From contig CBDBOV010000004.1 of the NCBI GenBank assembly GCA_965208575.1, positions 704,001-768,000 of the forward strand: 64,000 nucleotides of DNA, read 5' to 3'. Source of the stretch: Spirochaetia bacterium. Its GTDB lineage: Bacteria; Spirochaetota; Spirochaetia; SZUA-6; Bin103. Shown here piece after piece: positions 57,744-64,000 of the stretch. Under the pieces are notes generated by a model. That model worked only from the letters and a program-made list of their open reading frames with translations. It was not told the origin of the DNA and did no database searches. The position numbers were made by a program, and so were the translations under genes. The stretch's first letter is position 1; the number at the start of each line of letters is the position of its first letter.

Positions 57744-58717
57744 TCCGCCGCCTGCTGCTCATGATCCCTACGGCGTTCCTTATCAGCGTGATGCTGTTTC
57801 TGCTCATGCGCCTGGTCCCCGGCGACGTGATCGACGTGATGATCGCCCAGTTGGCCGAATCGGCCGAGGAGATCGAGCTTGACCGTGAGGAGTTGGAACG
57901 CAAGCTCGGCATCGACGCGCCGCTGATCGTCCAGTACGGACGGTTTCTCGGCGTGGCGCCGAACGTGGACGGCCAAATCAGCGGCGTGCTGCAGGGCGAC
58001 TTCGGCACCTCCTGGCGGGAGCGCCTGACGGTGACCGAGCTGCTGTTCAAGAAGATACCGGTGACCATGGAGCTCGGGCTGATGGGCCTGATCATCGCGC
58101 AGCTCATCGCCATCCCGATCGGCGTCTACTCGGCCCTGCGGCAGGATACCTGGGGCGACTACGTGGGGCGCAGCTTCGCGATCCTGTCGATCTCGGTGCC
58201 CGGCTTCTGGCTGGCGACGATGGTGATCGTGTACCCGTCGATCTGGTGGGGCTACATGCCCTCCATCTGGCTGATCAAGTTCGCCGACGACCCGCTGGGC
58301 AACATCAAGATGTTCATCGTGCCGGCCATCGTGCTGGCGCTGGCGATGGCCGGCGGCACCATGCGCATGACGCGGACCATGACCCTGGAGGTGATCCGCA
58401 ACGACTACATCAGGACGGCGTGGGCGAAGGGGCTGGCCGAGGCCCTGGTGGTGAGCCGGCACGCCCTCAAGAACGCGTTCATCCCCGTGGTCACCATCGT
58501 CGGCCTGCAGATACCGATCCTGATCGGCGGCACGGTGATCATCGAGCAGATCTTCATGCTGCCCGGCATGGGGCGGCTGATCGTGGAGTCGCTGCTGGTG
58601 CGCGACTACCCGGTGGTAATGGGCATCATGCTGTTCTTCAGCATCGGCCTGATGCTGACCAATTTGGTGGTGGATCTCACCTACGGCTTCCTGGACCCGA
58701 GGATCCGCTCGTCATGA
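57728..58717 (+). CDS. ABC transporter permease (DppB/OppB-like)
   Basis: YIIRRLL, PGFWLA, RTAWAKGL, RDYP, LDPR. Confidence 0.93.
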   Translation: MRAYIIRRLLLMIPTAFLISVMLFLLMRLVPGDVIDVMIAQLAESAEEIELDREELERKLGIDAPLIVQYGRFLGVAPNVDGQISGVLQGDFGTSWRERLTVTELLFKKIPVTMELGLMGLIIAQLIAIPIGVYSALRQDTWGDYVGRSFAILSISVPGFWLATMVIVYPSIWWGYMPSIWLIKFADDPLGNIKMFIVPAIVLALAMAGGTMRMTRTMTLEVIRNDYIRTAWAKGLAEALVVSRHALKNAFIPVVTIVGLQIPILIGGTVIIEQIFMLPGMGRLIVESLLVRDYPVVMGIMLFFSIGLMLTNLVVDLTYGFLDPRIRSS

Positions 58718-59652
58718 GTAGTGTCGGGATGCCGGAGAGCGTGCGCCGGTCGGCCGTGGTCACTTTCTTCCGGCGCATCGTCAAGGAGAAGCCGCTCGGC
58801 ACCGTGGGTGCCGTGATCACCGCGCTGCTCCTGCTGGTGGGGATTTTCGCCGACCTGCTGGCGCCGTACGGGATGAACGAAACCAACATGGAGCAGCCGT
58901 TGGCCTCCCCCTCCGACAGCAACTGGCTGGGCACCGACGACCTGGGCCGCGACGTGTTGACGCGGGTCATCTACGGCGCGCGGGTGTCGGTGATCGTGGG
59001 CCTGGCGGGCGCCACTCTCGCCACGCTGATCTCTCTCCTGATCGGCCTCATTTCGGGTTACCTGGGCGGCACCTTCGACCTGCTGACCCAGCGGCTCGTC
59101 GATGCCTGGATGTCGCTGCCGGACCTGATCGTGCTCATGGTGATCATTGCATTCCTCGGCGGCGGCATGGTGCCGATCATCGTGGTGCTCGGCGTGGCGG
59201 GGGGCATCACCGGCTCGCGCATCATCCGCGGCGCGGTGATCAGCACCAAGGAGGACGCCTACGTGATGGCGGCGGCGGCGATCGGCGGGCGCACCACGCG
59301 CGTCCTGCTGCGCCACATTCTGCCCAACGTGCTCGCGCCCGCGGTGATCCTGCTCACGCTGCGCATTCCGGCGATCATTCTCTCCGAGGCCAGCCTCAGC
59401 TTCCTCGGCTTCGGCATCCAGCCGCCGTTCCCGAGTTGGGGCGCCATGCTCAGCGGACGCAGCCGCGAGTTCATGTTCGTGGCGCCGTGGACCGTGCTGT
59501 GGCCGGGCCTCGCCCTCGCCACCGTCGTGTACGGCACCAACATGTTCGGCGACGCCGCCCGCGACATCCTCGACCCCAAGCTGCGCGGCGGCGTCGGGCG
59601 GTTCAGCGCCAAGGTGGTCAGGACGGCGCGGCGCACCAAGTCCAAACGCTGA
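58714..59652 (+). CDS. ABC transporter permease (DppC/OppC-like)
   Basis: LGTDDLGRD, HILPN, EASLSFLGFG, PSWG; ATGA overlap. Confidence 0.93.
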   Translation: MSSVGMPESVRRSAVVTFFRRIVKEKPLGTVGAVITALLLLVGIFADLLAPYGMNETNMEQPLASPSDSNWLGTDDLGRDVLTRVIYGARVSVIVGLAGATLATLISLLIGLISGYLGGTFDLLTQRLVDAWMSLPDLIVLMVIIAFLGGGMVPIIVVLGVAGGITGSRIIRGAVISTKEDAYVMAAAAIGGRTTRVLLRHILPNVLAPAVILLTLRIPAIILSEASLSFLGFGIQPPFPSWGAMLSGRSREFMFVAPWTVLWPGLALATVVYGTNMFGDAARDILDPKLRGGVGRFSAKVVRTARRTKSKR

Positions 59653-59778
59653 TCACGACTTCCGCGCAGCGCCGCGTCCTGTCGTTAGCGCGCCTGCTTC
59701 GCGACCTTGTGCTCCGACAGCACCCAGCTTTCCTGAAATCTGAGAACGGGTACTCGTCGGCGACACGACCGACACCGA

Positions 59779-60132
59779 TCAAGCAAGAGGGAGATAGGTA
59801 ACCGAGTCGATCCAGTCTTCACCATCGCTGCACTGCACAACGAGGAGCATATCATCAATGATTTGAGCGACCGGAGTGCGGACGTGTACGACGAATACCC
59901 CCGGCATCGGTTCTCCCTGCGTTACCCGTTCGAGGGCAAAGGCAGGCACCGTACGACGATCGTGGGTAAGCAGGACTCGTCGGTGGTCAGCAGCCCAACT
60001 CAGTATCGCACGGTCATCGGTCTGCCCCAAACCCACGTCTTGTACGCGGATCAGGTCAATGGTCGGCATGCGCCGCATCAAGCCACGCACGATGTGGTTG
60101 TCGAAGTTCTCGTCACTCAGCAGACGGAGCAA
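59779..60132 (-). CDS. DUF5615 PIN-like toxin
   Basis: LLSDENF..IVRGL, RVQDVGL...DD, LLTHD, PMPG. Confidence 0.85.
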   Translation of the reverse strand: MLRLLSDENFDNHIVRGLMRRMPTIDLIRVQDVGLGQTDDRAILSWAADHRRVLLTHDRRTVPAFALERVTQGEPMPGVFVVHVRTPVAQIIDDMLLVVQCSDGEDWIDSVTYLPLA

Positions 60133-60463
60133 GCCGATCGCCCTTGGCTCGTCGCAGGAGTCGTTCCCGAACGCCACTCTGGTCCGGTTTCGCTGCCCGG
60201 ACTCGGTCACGCACGTGTAGGGCCTCGCGGTCGCAACGGCGCATATACTCGTCGATCCGCTCTCGATGAGTCAGGCAATAGGCCAGCACGGCGTATACAT
60301 CCGCGAGGCTCAGCGTGTCGTACGACTGGACGATGGTCTCGGGAGTAGCACCACAACGAAACGCATGTACCACGACCTCCAGCAAGACGCGCGTATCGCC
60401 GACGCGGAAAACTCCTGGCGGATCTTCTCTGAGAGGAACCGTCACGGGCTCGATCTTGGTCAT
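60113..60463 (-). CDS. DUF433 antitoxin
   Basis: RVGDTRV.LE.V..AF..GATPE.I...Y..L.LADVYAV. Confidence 0.85.
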   Translation of the reverse strand: MTKIEPVTVPLREDPPGVFRVGDTRVLLEVVVHAFRCGATPETIVQSYDTLSLADVYAVLAYCLTHRERIDEYMRRCDREALHVRDRVRAAKPDQSGVRERLLRRAKGDRLAPSAE

Positions 60464-60541
60464 GCCGATGCGCGACGTGCGTGCCATGAAGAAACCATGA
60501 TACCGGTCCGGCACGCTGGCTGCAAACCGCGAACAATCCGA

Positions 60542-62075
60542 GGGTGCATTCCGTCAGTGTGGTAGCGGTCAGGCAGCCTCAAGCTGGATCTGGTTGGATT
60601 CTGGGGTGGGCGATGAGGGCAACAGGCTCTCGAAATCGTCCCAGAAGCGACGGCTCTTCGCCGAAGCGCGGAGCTGAAGCATCTCCTTGGCTCCGTCCAG
60701 CGACCAAGTCATCCCACTCTGCTTCATGCGCTTGGCGACGACGTTCTTGCAGGCTCCCTCGACTACACCGCTGCCGATCGGCAGACCGCACGATCGATAC
60801 AGCGGGTAGTCCATGCGGTGCTGGTTGGCCGTGAAGTAGTTGATCTCGCCCTGGAGGTCGTAGCACTGCTTCTCGCTGTAGCGGCCACTGACGTGCAGTT
60901 CCTGCAGTTCCTTGATTACGGCGGCGACGCAGCCCTTGCGCAGCAGGCTGCGCCAGCGCTTGAAGGATCTCTTGAACTGCTCGCTGCCCTCGCCGTACAA
61001 CACCTTGCCGATCTTCCCCAAGTGGTCGCAGGCATGCCAGAAATCGAGGATGTGCCAGACCTTCTGCCCGGGTTCGGACAGCTGGGAGACCCGGTCCCAT
61101 ATCCAATGCGCTCCATCGCCCAGAATCACCAGCACCAGCGCTGCCAGGTGAGCGCTGCGCCGGCTCATTTCCACCTCGATCCGGGGAAAGAACTCATCAG
61201 CATGCTCGATCCCGGTGACACAGGAGGTCTTGGTGCAGTGCGCTGCACCCTCCCGGTCCACCTTCACCGCTGATACCGTCGCTACCTTGGAGTCCCGAAA
61301 CACGCGATCGTAACTCTTTTTCCCATCTTCAGTTACCCGCTCGTTCGCGCGTGTCGCCACCTTCCCCGCGTCGATGCCCACGACCATCGTCCCGGTGATC
61401 TCTTCGCGCACCGCCACCGGCTCGTCGGCACGCTCGACAATCTCCCGCTGGCGTTGCTCCGCCAACCCGTCAGTAACCGCCCGCACCATCTCGAACGCCT
61501 TGTTCATCGACACCAGCTCCCGCCCGTCAGGCCGCAACACCTCGTGGAATTGCGCCAGACCCTGCTCGTAGGACTGCTCGGCGCACCACCGCGCCATGAA
61601 GTACTGGCACCCAGGCGTGTACCCGCCCGCGATACCCAGTTGCTCTGTCAGCGGCACCCACCCCTTGCCACCGCCACCGAGCGGCGCGTAGTAGGCGCGC
61701 ACCAAGGTGATCACGCCGAACAGCCCATGCAGCGTCTTCCGCCGTCTCCCGACAAAGCGGTACCGAACCTCGCCGCGGGTTGCGCGCGCACCGACATACC
61801 CATCACCGACTTGCTCACACCAGCGTTGCATCGCTGCACGTCCCGCAGCCACCAGGCACTTCAGCATACCGAGCTCCGCGGCGAGCAGATCCCGTGGTCC
61901 GCTGCACGGGTTCAGGTCAATCCCGCACCGGGTCTTGCAAAACCGGAGCAACTCCGTTACCAAGGTCTCACTCATTTTGGTCCCCTCCCAGAGACAGGTC
62001 GATGTTTACCACATCACCGAATCTCTGGTCTCTGGGAGGGTTCCTATTCCGCTACCACAGAGAAAGAATGCACCC
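60542..62075 (-). mobile_element. ISKra4-like insertion sequence (1534 bp)
   Basis: 27-bp imperfect terminal IRs (GGGTGCATTC...TGTGGTAGCGG); 8-bp direct repeat CAATCCGA on both sides. Confidence 0.9.
60569..61975 (-). CDS. ISKra4-family transposase
   Basis: GDGAHWIW, LDFWHA, YF..N..RMDY, PIGSGVVEGACK, RMK..GM.W. Confidence 0.92.
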   Translation of the reverse strand: MSETLVTELLRFCKTRCGIDLNPCSGPRDLLAAELGMLKCLVAAGRAAMQRWCEQVGDGYVGARATRGEVRYRFVGRRRKTLHGLFGVITLVRAYYAPLGGGGKGWVPLTEQLGIAGGYTPGCQYFMARWCAEQSYEQGLAQFHEVLRPDGRELVSMNKAFEMVRAVTDGLAEQRQREIVERADEPVAVREEITGTMVVGIDAGKVATRANERVTEDGKKSYDRVFRDSKVATVSAVKVDREGAAHCTKTSCVTGIEHADEFFPRIEVEMSRRSAHLAALVLVILGDGAHWIWDRVSQLSEPGQKVWHILDFWHACDHLGKIGKVLYGEGSEQFKRSFKRWRSLLRKGCVAAVIKELQELHVSGRYSEKQCYDLQGEINYFTANQHRMDYPLYRSCGLPIGSGVVEGACKNVVAKRMKQSGMTWSLDGAKEMLQLRASAKSRRFWDDFESLLPSSPTPESNQIQLEAA

Positions 62076-62333
62076 CAATCCGAGGCAATTGCGCTGTAGC
62101 GGTTTGTGGGCCGTGGAGCGGCCGGTCATGCCAGACAGCCCGCGTCCCGGGACGTTGACGGCGTCGCTCACGCCCGCCCGGCGCGAATGACGGCTATATC
62201 GAGTGTGCTGAGTGGGGTCCGCGAGGTGGAATCAAGCCTCATCCGCGGCTCGATGCACAGATCGGGACAGACCGGTCTCGCGGAGGAGCCGGTGGGATTG
62301 GGTTTCTCTCGGTGATCGGCGAGTGGCCGCCGG

Positions 62334-63205
62334 TCAGGCGGGTTTGACCAGACTCCGCAGGTTCTCGGGTTGGCCGGCGCGGATGCGCCCCACGGCCATC
62401 GCCAGCATGATCGTCAGCGCCATGGTGATGCGCAGCTGCATCTTCGCCAGCCCGCGGATGCCGGGTCGCTCGAATCCGAAGCCGCCGGCCAACCGGCTGT
62501 TTGACCCGCTCCACGGCACCGCGCTGGTCGTAGAAGTCCTGCCACCGGTAGCTGGACCGCGCCACCGGCGTGAACACGCGCCGATCCTCGGCCAGCGGGA
62601 TGCGCACCGCGTCGCTCACCGGGCACCGATCCATGCCCTTGCAGGTGACCCCCGAGTAGCGCGCCGGACAGCGATACTTGAGCGACTCGCGAGCCTGCTC
62701 GAAGCCGCCGTAGGCCATGCGGTGCAGCTCACCGGTCCGCGGGCACATGCAGGATACCTGGCCGTCGTGGGTATAGATCACGTTCTCCTGACCGCTCACC
62801 CGCTTGGTGAGGACGCCATCCTGTTCCGCCTCTCCGTCCTTCCAGCAGTTTCGAATGTCGATGACCGGCTTGATCTGATGCTGTTGCCACAGCCGATTGA
62901 TCAGCTTTTGGTCGTCGTAGCCCTTGTCGGCGCTCAGGCGATCGCACCGTTGCAGCAGCTCGGGATGACGATCCTGCATCTGATCAAGCAGTCGCTGTGC
63001 CTGCGGCTGCTCACCGGTCGACGCCTTGGTGACCTCGAACGCCAGCGGCACCTCGTAGGTGGCGTCCACGACCAAGTGCAACAGGTAGCCGAACCAGTAG
63101 TGTTTCTTCTTGCCTTTCTTCTCGCCCTTCGCGGCCGCCCGAACGCCAAGCGCCCCGCTGGCCACCTTCGCCCCCCCCTCGCCCGCTGCGCCCGCCATCT
63201 GGACG
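62334..63205 (-). pseudogene. Truncated, frameshifted DDE transposase (IS5/IS1182-like)
   Basis: WFGYLLHLVVDA, ADKGYD, R.AVERV; frameshift near 62503 before NSRL..GFGFE; N-terminus missing. Confidence 0.8.
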
Positions 63206-63209
63206 CAGC

Positions 63210-63348
63210 CCCTCGCCACCGTCGTGTACGGCACCAACATGTTCGGCGACGCCGCCCGCGACATCCTCGACCCCAAGCTGCGCGGCGGCGTCGAGCCGTT
63301 TCGGCGTCAAGACCGCCAAGGCCGCCCGCCGCATCAAGTCCAAACGCC
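63210..63348 (+). repeat. Copy of the 3' end of permease 58714-59652 (59513-59649), diverged toward its end
   Basis: Identical for about 80 nt, then substitutions and an indel. Confidence 0.85.
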
Positions 63349-64000
63349 GACGGCGTGGGCGAAGGGGCTGGCCGAGGCCCTGGTGGTGAGCCGGCACGCC
63401 CTCAAGAACGCGTTCATCCCCGTGGTCACCATCGTCGGCCTGCAGATACCGATCCTGATCGGCGGCACGGTGATCATCGAGCAGATCTTCATGCTGCCCG
63501 GCATGGGGCGGCTGATCGTGGAGTCGCTGCTGGTGCGCGACTACCCGGTGGTAATGGGCATCATGCTGTTCTTCAGCATCGGCCTGATGCTGACCAATTT
63601 GGTGGTGGATCTCACCTACGGCTTCCTGGACCCGAGGATCCGCTCGTCATGAGTAGTGTCGGGATGCCGGAGAGCGTGCGCCGGTCGGCCGTGGTCACTT
63701 TCTTCCGGCGCATCGTCAAGGAGAAGCCGCTCGGCACCGTGGGTGCCGTGATCACCGCGCTGCTCCTGCTGGTGGGGATTTTCGCCGACCTGCTGGCGCC
63801 GTACGGGATGAACGAAACCAACATGGAGCAGCCGTTGGCCTCCCCCTCCGACAGCAACTGGCTGGGCACCGACGACCTGGGCCGCGACGTGTTGACGCGG
63901 GTCATCTACGGCGCGCGGGTGTCGGTGATCGTGGGCCTGGCGGGCGCCACTCTCGCCACGCTGATCTCTCTCCTGATCGGCCTCATTTCGGGTTACCTGG
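63349..64000 (+). repeat. Apparently exact duplicate of 58414-59065 (3' part of permease B, 5' part of permease C); continues past window end
   Basis: Offset of 4935 bp; stop codon at 58717 maps to 63652. Confidence 0.92.

Overview
High-GC bacterial genomic window. The gene content suggests a host-associated, probably sponge-type symbiont, possibly a spirochaete (inference only): a eukaryotic-like LRR protein, several PhyH dioxygenases including a HEAT-repeat fusion, a sulfatase, a repeat-expanded DUF1640-like protein, duplicated AAA-ATPase/PD-(D/E)XK genes and multiple peptide-type ABC permeases. It begins with selA (partial) and selB. It then carries toxin-antitoxin remnants, a sigma54 PDZ/sensor-kinase/NtrC module, many catabolic enzymes, an ABC-2 exporter, leuB, ligC, yfbR, hydantoinase A/B and two Dpp/Opp-type permease sets. 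It ends in an IS-rich, rearranged region with an intact ISKra4-like element (27-bp IRs, 8-bp TSD), a broken DDE transposase and a segmental duplication. The most unusual signals are: (1) three ABC permease genes at separate loci, each preceded by short diverged copies of its own 5' end that form mini-ORFs; (2) a promoter- and terminator-bounded candidate sRNA of about 195 nt; (3) a ZraPSR-like sigma54 module with a PDZ accessory protein; (4) a directly repeated unit of about 2.1 kb (AAA-nuclease gene, divergent promoter and micro-ORF, one copy with a C16 tract) bracketing a lower-GC ABC transporter cassette. No rRNA, tRNA or CRISPR array was seen. All family assignments are by-eye motif recognition, not database results.
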